A DNA stretch of 64,000 bases from Staphylococcus phage LY01: the sequence record OR836606.1. One strand, given 5' to 3'. Both the position numbers and the translations under genes were made by a program. Under the pieces are notes generated by a model, which saw nothing but the letters and a program-made list of their open reading frames with translations, was not told the origin of the DNA and searched no databases. Position 1 is the stretch's first letter, and every line of letters begins with the position of its first letter. Below, piece by piece: positions 29,969 to 40,963 of this stretch.

Positions 29969-30286
29969 TTAAGAATTGATACTTTCTACTATAATTTTAT
30001 TAAGTTCTTCAAATTCATAAATGTTTTCAATTGAAAAACTATGACTTGAAACAGGCATATTATCTTTAACTAATAAGAAAGAAAATACATATTTATTATC
30101 AATTTCTAAATCAGATAATCTATAAATGTCTCTCTCACCATTTTCGTTTATATTGTCAAATACGGTATAACAACTCTTTAATATAGCCTCTATCAATTTA
30201 TTATCTTTGTTAAACATATATTTCTCCAATAAACTTTCATTTAAAATATTATCTATTTCCATATTAAATCCTCCTAGAGTTATCAT
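29969..30286 (-). CDS. hypothetical protein
   Basis: 105 aa ORF. Confidence 0.35.
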   Translation of the reverse strand: MITLGGFNMEIDNILNESLLEKYMFNKDNKLIEAILKSCYTVFDNINENGERDIYRLSDLEIDNKYVFSFLLVKDNMPVSSHSFSIENIYEFEELNKIIVESINS

Positions 30287-30335
30287 ATATAACCAAACTC
30301 CTAAATTAATAGAAGTTTGGTTGAATTATGTTGTT

Positions 30336-32249
30336 TTAAATATCAAAATCAAATAACGGATCAAACATTGAATCTCCATCTTTACTGAAGAAGTTATTAG
30401 TTTCATCAGTACTTAATTGAGCTTTAATCTTTTCAAATATTAATGATTGTACTGGTGAAGGTGAACTTAAAATAGCACTACCTACATTTTTTAATTCAAT
30501 ATTAGGTTCAAAGTTAGGGTCTTTATAATTGATTCTTTCTTCATAACCTCCATTTAAGAATACCATATTTCTAATAATAGTTTCTAAATGAACACTCATA
30601 ACATTTGTACCTGATTTAAGTAATAAATCTGTTACATCATTGAACATTGCCTGATAGTTTTTTTCTTCATAGTCATTTCTAATGTATTTAGTACTTTCTA
30701 ATATAGATCGTATTTTAAGAAGTGGGTCAGCGACACCTTCATTTTTAATTTTAATATTAAATAAGAAATTTTCTTTTAAGTCTTTCATACTGAATATGAA
30801 TGCATTTTCGTCTTCATCGTAAAAATTATCTATAGTTTCAATATTTTGGTCTGGTATTTTAAGAGTTACAGGAGATTTAACAGTATGAGTTTTATTACCT
30901 ACTTTAAATTTAAAGCTTTTAGCTTTATATCTTCCATATTCATAATCTTCATTAATAATCATTTCATCAATAATGACTTTAGTCTTTTCATTACGAGGAA
31001 CAATATTGTCTCCAGAAAATTCAAAATGTTCTTTAAAGATATCAGGCCAAGAGAAACCAGATAATTGTACTGCTTGCAAGTGTTTTGTTGAAAGTAATTT
31101 TTGAGTCATAGGCTCTGTTAATCTTAAAGTAGCCAAAATGCCTACAGATAAGTTTCTATTAATATCGTATAAACGTTTGCCGTAACAAGTTTGACATATT
31201 TTTCCTTCAGATTCGGCACATGTAATAGGGGAACGTAATGGAACAATTTGTCCTATTAAATGAGTGTCTTCTTTAGAATTAATTAATTTTAATTCTTGAT
31301 CCTTATCATCATAATAGAATCTATCATTAAATCTATCTAATTTATCTTGACTGTCCATATTAACATAAACAAAATGTTTACTTCCGCAATCTTCATTTTC
31401 TGATAATTTTAAATCTGATGTTAATAAAGTAATTTTACGGTTTAAGTAGCCTGATTCACGTACTTTATTCTTAGAGTTCATTAATGCGTTTAATGAAGAT
31501 TCTGCATCAATAGCAAATTGTGTTGTATCTTTTAAACCACGCATGAATGAGGTATCAATAATATCAGTTACAACATCGCCACGAATATCTGGTTTATATC
31601 CCACGAAACTTAAAACTTCATTTAATTGTATCTTATTAATACCTGTTCCTGAATGTAAGAAAGTTTTATAATCATTTTCTTTATCAGATTTAATACGTTC
31701 AATTAATTTATGCATATTAGGTTTTTGAACTTCATTAATAATTTGTTGATAGTTTAAGCTAGGATCAATGTCTTCTTTATTAAAGTTAATTAATTTTTCT
31801 ACTTCTTTATCTTCATTAGCTAATCTCATAATATCATATAATGAAATAGAAGGACCGTCTAGAGGTAAAATATATTCATTTGAAAATATAGTTAATTCAT
31901 CAATAATAAATGCAATAGATTGACTAACTTTTATTGGGTCATGTCCTTCATGAATAAAATTGACAACAACTTTGTCAAAATAATCATAATAATCATCAAT
32001 AACAGTTGGATTAACTAGGTATTCTTCTGTAAACTCTTTATTCATATCTCTAAAAGGTTTACCTAATACTAATAGAGTGAAATAATTACTTTTAGAAATA
32101 TTGTCTTCAAAATAGTCTTGCATTCTTCCTTGAGGATTACCAATAATATCTTTCTTTAAATCTTCTAAGATATTAAAGTAATTATCTGAATGTAAATAAT
32201 CATTGTACTTACCTAATTTTAAGTCTAAAACAATTTCTTCATTTGTCAT
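30336..32249 (-). CDS. second RNAP beta-prime-like subunit, C-terminal half (regions F-G), intron-free paralog
   Basis: [42 protein letters not shown] aligns to E. coli beta-prime [88 protein letters not shown] aligns to [21 protein letters not shown]...[23 protein letters not shown]. Confidence 0.6.
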   Translation of the reverse strand: [637 protein letters not shown]

Positions 32250-32349
32250 ACCTAATTCATTCTCCTTGTAAATAAATATTTTATACTACATTTATATAAT
32301 ATAAATTTGAATAACGAATTGTATTTAATCCGTTATTCAAATGTCAATA

Positions 32350-34800
32350 TTAGAAATCGTCCTCAAGATTATCTTCAGAATTGTCTGAAGAAGATAAATT
32401 ATCTTCATCGCTATTGCTATTTACCATTTCATTTCTTTTTTTATCTTTATTTATTTCATCTTTAATGTTATTAATAATATTTTCGTATCTATCATAATCT
32501 AAATTAGACATGAATTCTTGTTGAACTAATTCTTTACGAAATAGACGTTTTAGTTTTTCGTTATCATCTTCTTCTTCATCACCGGAAGCTTCTGAAGTAT
32601 ATAAAGGAACTAAAAAGTCTACCATTTGTGTAACAGCTCCAACTTCTTCATTAAGATTTCCTAAATTTAAGAATACTGGTGCTGGGAAGTATGCTTCAAT
32701 TTCTTGTAGTTTATTATTTAATTCCTCATTATATTTTTTATCTTTACTATTTACATTTTCTAAATAATAAAGCTTTCTTAGTACATCAGTATAGAATTTA
32801 CCAAAAGATTTTTGATAATTAACTACACGTCTGACAAAGTTATTATTTTGCATTGATAATGAGCGAGCATAATCAGTTTCATTTTCAGCATCAATATAGT
32901 TTAAAGGAACTCCTGTACCTGATATAACTGATTTTTTAAGCCATTCTAAAAATTCATCATTAATATCAACTTGAATACCAGAAATTGTATCTATTTCTAA
33001 AGGAGAAGTTCCTTCTTTATTTTGAGGGATGTACATATTCTCTAAGTTACCTACTTGATTAAATAATGTTTGAACTGAAGTTCCATCACCAAATAATCCT
33101 GTAGACATTTCGTTCTGTCTCACATTACGGATTATTTCTTCTACAGTTCCTTCATAATCATCATCTAAACCTGCATTAACTCTAAATACACGTCTATCTC
33201 TTGATTGATTTAATTTAACCATCATTGTAGTTATTAAAGTACTTAAATATAATTTAGCAAAGAATAATGATTTACTAAGTTTAGAGACTCCATAAGTTTT
33301 TTGACTATCTAATTTATGATGAAATACTTCATCCGCTTCTAAGAAAGTCATTTTAATACCATTTTCAATAATATAATTCTTACGGATTAATCTATATATA
33401 ATATCTTTAAATGAATCATTTTTATTAATAAAATCCATATTGATTTTTTGAGAAATACCTTTAACTATAACATCAACTAATCCTTGATATGCCATAACAG
33501 TGTTTCCATTTTCATAATATGAACCAGAGGTAGCATTCATTCCTGAATTAGGATTTTTAGAATTGCTAGACATGTTATTTCCTGCAACACCGCCAGTAAC
33601 AGGATCCAGATTAGTAATTCCCATGCCTCCTGAAAAAGATCCTGTTTGACCTTGTTTCTGATATCCGTCTCCCATTAAATTATTCATAGCGGACAATAAA
33701 GGATTACTACCTCCTCTTAAATCAGTTCCAGAATCAGGTTCAATATAAATATATCCAATGCACATACCATCAATTTCTAATTTAATCATATCTTCAGGTT
33801 CCACAGCTCTAAAATATATTGAGCCAGACTTTAATTTATTAGATTTATTTTTATTATTTGCTTTATTTAGAAATGTTTGTAAGTCATTAGATCCTTTGTA
33901 TTTACCTATATCCGAAAGTAATTCAGAAGAATTTTCAAAAAATATTACATTTTCATTAATGCTCTTTAATATTTCATTTTTAAAATTAGCTCTTTGTTCA
34001 TTTAATTGCTCTTCATCTTTAATGGGTTTCTCAAATTGATTATTAAATTCATTAATTATAATATCTAAATCAGATTCTTTAAGATTCTGATCGATAAATG
34101 ATTCATTAATTACTTTTTGATTCTCTTGTGTTTCTCTTCCTAATACATCATCATTTTCATTAAGAATTTCTTCAAAATCAGATTTAGTATCTTTAATAAT
34201 ATAGAATACGTCACCTAATAATAAACCTTCACGAATAGAAGTATAAGTTAAATCATCCAAATTATATTTCTTTACAATCCTATCTAATTCATTTAAAACT
34301 TCTTTATTTTCTGATTCATTTTTATTATTTGTGTCTCCATAACGATACATCAATGATAATTTAGAAGTATCGTCAGGTGCAATAATAGAAGTAGCGAATA
34401 CATCAATACTTGTTGATATTTCAGGTATAAATTTATCTATAATTCTGTAGTCATCATATCTAGAAACTCTAGCAATTTCAGATGAAAAGTCTTGATTTTC
34501 AATATTATTTTCTATGAAATCTTTAATGAAATCTTTTTTATCGTCACCCGTATTAGATTTTCTAAAATTTCTATTCTTACCGTTCACTTTAGATGCTAAA
34601 GATAAGATATCTCCATTACTATTACCATGATTACTTTTACGTCTTATCTTTTTTAATCTATCATCAAAATCAGGTATATTATCAGATAAATTCTTAGGAT
34701 TTTCTTCATCTCCTAATCCTCTGACCATATCCTTATTGATATTATTTATATTTCTCTGAGTTTTATTCTCATCAGCCAAATTTAAAACACTCCTTTTCAA
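32350..34800 (-). CDS. large hypothetical protein (816 aa), candidate divergent RNAP subunit or virion protein
   Basis: Adjacent to and co-oriented with the beta-prime-like paralog. No conserved RNAP motif (GDKxAGRHGNKG, NADFDGD) can be confirmed by eye. Confidence 0.35.
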   Translation of the reverse strand: MKRSVLNLADENKTQRNINNINKDMVRGLGDEENPKNLSDNIPDFDDRLKKIRRKSNHGNSNGDILSLASKVNGKNRNFRKSNTGDDKKDFIKDFIENNIENQDFSSEIARVSRYDDYRIIDKFIPEISTSIDVFATSIIAPDDTSKLSLMYRYGDTNNKNESENKEVLNELDRIVKKYNLDDLTYTSIREGLLLGDVFYIIKDTKSDFEEILNENDDVLGRETQENQKVINESFIDQNLKESDLDIIINEFNNQFEKPIKDEEQLNEQRANFKNEILKSINENVIFFENSSELLSDIGKYKGSNDLQTFLNKANNKNKSNKLKSGSIYFRAVEPEDMIKLEIDGMCIGYIYIEPDSGTDLRGGSNPLLSAMNNLMGDGYQKQGQTGSFSGGMGITNLDPVTGGVAGNNMSSNSKNPNSGMNATSGSYYENGNTVMAYQGLVDVIVKGISQKINMDFINKNDSFKDIIYRLIRKNYIIENGIKMTFLEADEVFHHKLDSQKTYGVSKLSKSLFFAKLYLSTLITTMMVKLNQSRDRRVFRVNAGLDDDYEGTVEEIIRNVRQNEMSTGLFGDGTSVQTLFNQVGNLENMYIPQNKEGTSPLEIDTISGIQVDINDEFLEWLKKSVISGTGVPLNYIDAENETDYARSLSMQNNNFVRRVVNYQKSFGKFYTDVLRKLYYLENVNSKDKKYNEELNNKLQEIEAYFPAPVFLNLGNLNEEVGAVTQMVDFLVPLYTSEASGDEEEDDNEKLKRLFRKELVQQEFMSNLDYDRYENIINNIKDEINKDKKRNEMVNSNSDEDNLSSSDNSEDNLEDDF

Positions 34801-34843
34801 TAAATTTTAGAATTTTCTCTTAATTTATAAGTATTTTTTCACA

Positions 34844-35626
34844 TTATATATTATAAATTAAAGTCTTCAGTTTTGCAACAAATTTATCCTGATAAATTGA
34901 AAATTTTAACATAATCAATTCACTATATACATCTGTTTCTGGGGCATAGATATCTATTTTAACTAAAGGACAAATTATTTTATCTTTAGACTTTTTATAT
35001 TTTAACCCTAATAAATACTTTTTAGAAGTTCTAAAATCAATAAGGTAGTCTTTTTCATTATAAATATAATAAGGGTCCTTAACAATAACTTTGTCTTTGG
35101 TAAATATAAATTTAAAGAACTCGGAAGGTTTCCTTTCTTTAATATCTAATAAACTATCATTATCTAATTTAAAATTTAGACTTGGTTTAAAAGAACTAAA
35201 ATAATTAATAGCTTCTAATGAATAATTTAATTCTTCATCTAATCTATCTTCATCAAATTCATCATTATTAATAATAGTTTCTAAATCAGATTCTCTAGTT
35301 ATTTTAATACCACTATTATCAATTTCATTAAAAAATTCAACTTTAATAATTTTATCCCCTTTATTCTTTCTTACTTCAATAAAATCTTCTACATTAAAAA
35401 TGCAATTTTCAACAGGTAAAAGATAATCATAAATTGGATTATCTTCTATAATTTCTACTTCGACTGCATTGGGATTGTCATCTGATTTAGAATAATTTTT
35501 TATAATGTTTTTATTTAAACTAATATACTTACTTCCATCAACAATATTATTGAATAACTTAGATATCTCTTCAAAAGTCATTACTAATTTATTTACTATT
35601 TTTGATTCTTCAATAATAATGGACAT
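34844..35626 (-). CDS. hypothetical protein
   Basis: 260 aa ORF; its start overlaps the stop of the DNA polymerase part-1 gene (ATGA). Confidence 0.4.
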   Translation of the reverse strand: MSIIIEESKIVNKLVMTFEEISKLFNNIVDGSKYISLNKNIIKNYSKSDDNPNAVEVEIIEDNPIYDYLLPVENCIFNVEDFIEVRKNKGDKIIKVEFFNEIDNSGIKITRESDLETIINNDEFDEDRLDEELNYSLEAINYFSSFKPSLNFKLDNDSLLDIKERKPSEFFKFIFTKDKVIVKDPYYIYNEKDYLIDFRTSKKYLLGLKYKKSKDKIICPLVKIDIYAPETDVYSELIMLKFSIYQDKFVAKLKTLIYNI

Positions 35627-36548
35627 TAACCAATTTCCCCCTCTAATTCTTTAATGATATCATCAGAAGCTTCAATAAGAGAAGGTAAACCATGAAACTC
35701 TTGAGCAAAAGCAACACTGTCTTGACTATTAAATTTACTTACGAATTCAGTATTAAAATCATAATTATCTTTATCTTGCTCATATTTAGGTACCGTTATT
35801 CTATCTTTATCAAGAATATTCATCTTACCTACATGTCCTTCAGGTGTTATATTAAATGCTCTAATAATAGATGGATATAGAGAACTTAAGTCAAAGTCAC
35901 AAACATTACTAAATAATCTATTAGATCTAATATCTTTACCTTTAACCAATACGTCTCCATTACGTTCGATTAACATCATATCAGCTACAAATCCGCCACG
36001 AATTTTATCAGCATTAGGATCCGATAATAATTTTGAATGATTATTGCTTAATACATATCCTTGATTTTCAAAGAATACTGAACTACGATTTCTTAAACAA
36101 ATAGTTTTCTTAAGTGCTTTACTAGGTCTTGTTCTAGTCATGTCTACAATAGAGAATAATAGATCAAACATATTAGTGTTATGTTCAATCAATGCAGCTA
36201 ATACAGTATCCTTAATATTATAAAGAATAAATGTATAGTAATCTCTAAAATGTAAATCAGAGATAGAACCTTCATATACATCTTTAGTAACTCCTGCTTC
36301 TTTTTCTCCAATATCATTTAACTTAACTGATTCCAAAGCACCATTGGGCTTATTAATATTTGCATATAACGCTAATTGGTCAATCCAATTAGTATAAGAA
36401 TTAGTCTCAAATGTAGAAGATCTATTAGCCATATCAGTAGCATTTTTATCTAATTTATAATATGCTTTTTTATCTTCAAATTCTTTAGAACAGAAATAAT
36501 CTGCAGGATTTTCTCCATTAGCTCTAATACGTTCAAATATTGCAGGAA
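35626..36548 (-). CDS. family B (T4 gp43-like) DNA polymerase, part 1, exon 3 (polymerase motif A)
   Basis: DFDLSSLYPSIIRAFNITPEG aligns to T4 gp43 DLTSLYPSIIRQVNISPET. The exon begins (K)LDYDFPAIFERI, aligning to T4 IEGFDVPYIMNRV. It ends ...ELEGEIG* with a stop, so the polymerase gene is split here. Confidence 0.75.
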
Positions 36549-36714
36549 AGTCATAATCTAGCTTTTATATTTATTAAATATAAAATAGACTATATCATAC
36601 TCATTAATATGAGTGAATATATTTAGTCGTTGAACAACTCTTATTAAGTTGATGCTGATCATTCTAAAAAGAACGTTCCAGCAATTAATATTCTTTTAAT
36701 GGAACCTATTATCA
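36549..36714 (-). mobile_element. mini group I intron in DNA polymerase gene (minus orientation)
   Basis: Family core elements. Splits the Exo II motif between ...ICTAWN and LDYDFP (T4 ...IFTGWN|IEGFD). Confidence 0.6.
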
Positions 36715-37018
36715 ATTCCATGCAGTACATATGTCAGGCTTACTAATTTCATTAATATAATATAAGAAAGATTTAATTACTTGCATTTCTGTATCTAATT
36801 CATATATCTCAAATTCTAAACCTAAATTTTTACCAATTTCACTATTTTCATTATTATAAATTTCATTTAAGTTTTTAATTAATTTATCTTGATCTTCCAT
36901 AGTTTCTTTATAAGTGTCAGTGTCATATTTAAGAGCAAATGTTAATACTTTTTTCTTACTCCAATCCACTACAGTTATAATATTTATCTCTGCCTCAGCT
37001 TTAAGCGGGTCCGGGACA
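36715..37018 (-). CDS. DNA polymerase part 1, exon 2 (Exo II region)
   Basis: VPDPLKAEAEINIITVVDWSKKKVLTF aligns to T4 FPDPMKAEYEIDAITHYDSIDDRFYVF. PDICTAWN aligns to PAIFTGWN. Confidence 0.7.
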
Positions 37019-37151
37019 ATTTGTATTAAAAGTAATACAAATTAGACTATATCTTCTTAGTAATATATTTAGTCGTTGAACATTAAATTTTTAATGATGC
37101 TGATTATCTTAATAAAGAATTTCCAGCAATTAATATTATTTTATCTGAGCT
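37019..37151 (-). mobile_element. mini group I intron in DNA polymerase gene
   Basis: Family core. The junction ...TTAAAGGT | intron | CCCGGACCC restores LKVPDP in frame. About 133 nt, among the smallest copies. Confidence 0.6.
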
Positions 37152-37642
37152 ACCTTTAACCCAGTTACTTGAGATCCATCAACCTCAATATCGAATAGAC
37201 ATATATCTATACCAACTTTACTGTCTAAATTCTTTTTAATATACTCATTGATATTATAATCTTCTATATTTATATCAGAACCATGAGCATTATTTAATAA
37301 ATGGAAATCTTTTAGTTTTCTATATTCTTGCCAATTACCTGACTTCATAATTCTATCGTATTCTGCTTTATCTTGAGAATTACCAGCTTCTTTAACTACT
37401 GATTTGATAATATCTTTATGCTTACAAATAACAGTTCTTACTTTATCTTTTTCAATAGAACCTACAATTTTATTAGGAGGTAACCAATGTTCATCTTTAG
37501 TTACATAATAATGCATCATAGGATCTGTTATTTCCATATGTTTTTTAGTACCATCCTCTTCTTTAACTACCATTACTACTTTTTCTTTACCAGAAGCAGT
37601 TTCTTTTTTATTTAAATATGTTGATTTAATGAATCTTCCCAT
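37152..37642 (-). CDS. DNA polymerase part 1, exon 1 (N-terminus, Exo I motif)
   Basis: ICLFDIEVDGSQ aligns to T4 ANCDIEVTGDK (Exo I DxE). The annotated tail VAQIK* is intron read-through. Confidence 0.7.
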
Positions 37643-37761
37643 TTATCAATTCCACTCCTTAATTCAAATGTTACTTTGATAATTTAAACGTTATCTAGAA
37701 TTTGTAAAAAATTAAAATATAAATTGCCAAACATTCTAATTTAAGAATGTTTGGCTTATTA

Positions 37762-37917
37762 AATTAAATAAACAATGGTTCTTCCATAAAAGAATCCTCA
37801 GCAGTATCAACTTCATCTTGTTTATAAATTGTCTTATTTAAAAATAATTTAGTGGCTATTGTTGAAGATATAAATAATATAATTGATATAAAAATGATTA
37901 ATAATTTCTTTTTATTC
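37762..37917 (-). CDS. small membrane/secreted protein (51 aa)
   Basis: MNKKKLLIIFISIILFISSTIATKLF... has an N-terminal hydrophobic helix. Below the 60 aa ORF-track cutoff. Confidence 0.35.
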
Positions 37918-37958
37918 ATAGAATTTCATCTCTCCTCTAGATATAAAATAAAGTCTTT

Positions 37959-38156
37959 TTAGAAAAATGTATTTTTAACATTTAGCATTTCAATTCGTTT
38001 ATTAACGATATTAATATCCTTTTGAATTTCTTCTAATTTATCTTTATCAGGGCCATTAGTATGATGTGCTCCATTATTTAATATAATTTGGTAGTGTAAT
38101 TTATTAAATCTTTGAACTAATTTCATTTCATCTAATTTGTTTGTTTTATTTAACAT
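37959..38156 (-). CDS. hypothetical small protein
   Basis: 65 aa ORF upstream of the DNA polymerase gene. Confidence 0.3.
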   Translation of the reverse strand: MLNKTNKLDEMKLVQRFNKLHYQIILNNGAHHTNGPDKDKLEEIQKDINIVNKRIEMLNVKNTFF

Positions 38157-38171
38157 ATTATCATCTTATCC

Positions 38172-40907
38172 TTAATTTACTTTAAATAATACATTTTTGC
38201 CTTGCATCATTTCTTTATCATTAATGTCAATTTTACTTTCATAACCTTTAAGTAAAATTAAATCAATATCAGCGCTATAGAATTCATCGTTATGACTAAT
38301 TAAAAATACCTGTTCAAGACCCATTAACTCAATTTGCCTGTCTATCACATCAACAAATCTTCTTCGGTTATGAGAATCTAATGTACTATCCATTTCATCT
38401 AAGTAAAGAATATTATAATCTTGAGAAACTTTATTTAATAATGATAATGATAAGCTAATATTAGTTAAAGCTGTTTCTCCTTGGGAAGCTTCTTTAATAT
38501 CTTTAAGCTCAGTTCCATTACCTTTATATACATTGATAAAGAAATCTTTATCTGTCAAATCAAAATCAATTTTAAATGAATTATTATAAGCTACTGAAAG
38601 TAATTCATTAGTACTTACTGCAATATCTTTAAGATAGTTAGTAATGAATATTAATGGTATAGAGTCTTTCTTAGGATTTAATGAATCTACCACCATATTA
38701 TATTTCCATAATACTGATTCAATTTCATCAATCTTAGTAATAATAGAATTAACTGCAAAATATTTTTCTTTAGTGGATTCTAAATCATTTTTCTTCATAG
38801 TTAAATTATCTTTAATAGATTGAATCTTATTATCTGCTTTCTGATTAAGTTCATACAAATTGCTTAGTTTTGAAAGATCTTTATCAATATCATTAACTAT
38901 ATCATTTTTATCTTTAATTTTTGATTTAATTTCTTCAGATTTCTCTGTTAAATTAATAAATTCATTAATAATATTTAAGTTAGTGATTGCTTTTTCTTTA
39001 CGACCATTAAGGTAATTAAGATTCTCAGAAATTTCATTATTTTTATTTTTAATTTCTTCAATTTGTTTAATTAAATCTTCTTTATCTTCTTTATATTGAT
39101 CTAATATTTTCTTATTAGAATAATCTTCTTTAAGAGCATTTTCTTTTCTTTCTAATTCAATAGTCAATTTATCTCTATTAGTTTCATTAGTACGAATTTC
39201 ATTTGTCTTTTCAATTAATGAATTAAGACTATTTAGTTCACTAGAGAATGTATTGCCATTAGTAAATATTTCTTCAATACTATCAATATTAATTATTTCA
39301 AACCCAATATATTTAATTAAACTATTTCTACTAGTAAGTATATCATTGAATTTACGTGATAAGTCAATATGATTAGATAATAGTTTATTATCTTTTTCTA
39401 ATTCTTGATTATTTTTATAAAGTTGATTACCTTTATTTTCTAATTCAGAAATTGAATCAAATTCATTATCTTTAAAATCAGCTACTAAAGGAACAAATAC
39501 ACATTCATTATAGTGTTCATGATCTTTTTGTTCCAATATTTTTAATAAGTCTGATTTACCTTTAATTTGATTAAGCTTAGTATTAATTTCATTAAATTCA
39601 TTCTGGTTCATAGAAATTTTTTCATTATTACCTTTAATTTCTCTTTCAAAATCTCCATGAATAGAATTATATTTGAATTCATTATCATTAATGAATTCTT
39701 TAAAGTTATTTATTTTAGAAATTAAATCATTTACATATAATCTTAATGAATCTTCTTTAATATTATCTTTAATCTGTAATCCGAATTCACTTACAAAAGA
39801 CCCTCTAGAAATATCTACATCCTCTTTAATACCTTCTAAATCTTCTTTATACCCTTCAAGAATTGAATCAATTTCATCAGAAGCATCATAATCTTCATTA
39901 AACTTAATAGCATTCATACGAGATTCTATTTTAGATTTTCTACTAATTAAATCATCTAATTTATCTTGATTATTTTCTTTATCTTTTTCAACAGAAGTTA
40001 ACTCGTTATTAGTGTTATTTAATATAGTATCTATTTTATCTTTTTTATCATTAGCAGATTCAATAGTATATTTATTTAAATTCTCATTATCTTCTTTTAA
40101 TTTTCTTTCTTTTTCTAATTTTTGATTAAGTTCATTAATTTCATTAATTAATTGATTTTTATATTCAGTTGGATGAATCTCTTTGTATTTATCTTCCATA
40201 ATAGAGTTCATCTTAGTTTCATGAGTTGTTTTATCTTTATTAGCTTCATCAAGTTCATCCTGTAATTGATCAATTAAAGTTTCTAAATTCTCTTTTTCTT
40301 TTTTAATTTCATCAAATTCTTTATATTTATCTAAATCAAATCTAAGTGATTTTAAATCTTTAGTAATAACTCTTAATTTCTCATTAGCTACTTTATAAGC
40401 TTCTAAGTATCTATCAATGTTAGGTACAAATTTATTAATATATGATTTACGATCACCTGTAGTATAATCGATAAAGTTTGATACATTATCGCCTAAACGT
40501 CCTACAGTAAAGTATTCTTTAGATACACCTAATTCTTTATCTACTATTTCATTAAATAATTTAATGCCACCATTTTCATTGAGTTCTTCACCATTCTTCT
40601 TAATGAATGATTTATTTTGAGAACTATTTTTTCCATAGTGATGTTTAATTTCATAAAGATCATTATCTTTAATATAATCAATTTCTTTTAATCCTTTTTC
40701 ATTTTCTATGATAATATCTCTTCTTTGGTCATTAGATTCTCTATAAGGACTTAATTGAGAGAGTATGACAGTTTTTGAGCTTCCATTATCTCCAAGAAGC
40801 ATTATCATATTATTTTTACTTTTACTAAAATCAATTTCAACTTCTTTTAATCCCATACCAGCATAAATGCCGATAAAATTCTTTAACTTTAATCTTTTAA
40901 TCTTCAT
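38172..40907 (-). CDS. SbcC/Rad50-like recombination ATPase (T4 gp46-like)
   Basis: N-terminal Walker A (LLGDNGSSKT), very long coiled coil, C-terminal signature/Walker B/D-loop (LYLDEMDSTLD...VFLISHNDEF). Confidence 0.75.
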   Translation of the reverse strand: MKIKRLKLKNFIGIYAGMGLKEVEIDFSKSKNNMIMLLGDNGSSKTVILSQLSPYRESNDQRRDIIIENEKGLKEIDYIKDNDLYEIKHHYGKNSSQNKSFIKKNGEELNENGGIKLFNEIVDKELGVSKEYFTVGRLGDNVSNFIDYTTGDRKSYINKFVPNIDRYLEAYKVANEKLRVITKDLKSLRFDLDKYKEFDEIKKEKENLETLIDQLQDELDEANKDKTTHETKMNSIMEDKYKEIHPTEYKNQLINEINELNQKLEKERKLKEDNENLNKYTIESANDKKDKIDTILNNTNNELTSVEKDKENNQDKLDDLISRKSKIESRMNAIKFNEDYDASDEIDSILEGYKEDLEGIKEDVDISRGSFVSEFGLQIKDNIKEDSLRLYVNDLISKINNFKEFINDNEFKYNSIHGDFEREIKGNNEKISMNQNEFNEINTKLNQIKGKSDLLKILEQKDHEHYNECVFVPLVADFKDNEFDSISELENKGNQLYKNNQELEKDNKLLSNHIDLSRKFNDILTSRNSLIKYIGFEIINIDSIEEIFTNGNTFSSELNSLNSLIEKTNEIRTNETNRDKLTIELERKENALKEDYSNKKILDQYKEDKEDLIKQIEEIKNKNNEISENLNYLNGRKEKAITNLNIINEFINLTEKSEEIKSKIKDKNDIVNDIDKDLSKLSNLYELNQKADNKIQSIKDNLTMKKNDLESTKEKYFAVNSIITKIDEIESVLWKYNMVVDSLNPKKDSIPLIFITNYLKDIAVSTNELLSVAYNNSFKIDFDLTDKDFFINVYKGNGTELKDIKEASQGETALTNISLSLSLLNKVSQDYNILYLDEMDSTLDSHNRRRFVDVIDRQIELMGLEQVFLISHNDEFYSADIDLILLKGYESKIDINDKEMMQGKNVLFKVN

Positions 40908-40963
40908 TATCCAGTTTCAACTCCTATTGATAAATATATTTCCGTTATTATAAATTTTTAATT

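Noticed and set aside
32350-34800. 816-aa ORF as RNAP beta of the second polymerase
   Set aside because: I could not find the GDKxAGRHGNKG, RSPG or PWNGYNFED motifs by eye. It is kept only as a positional candidate.
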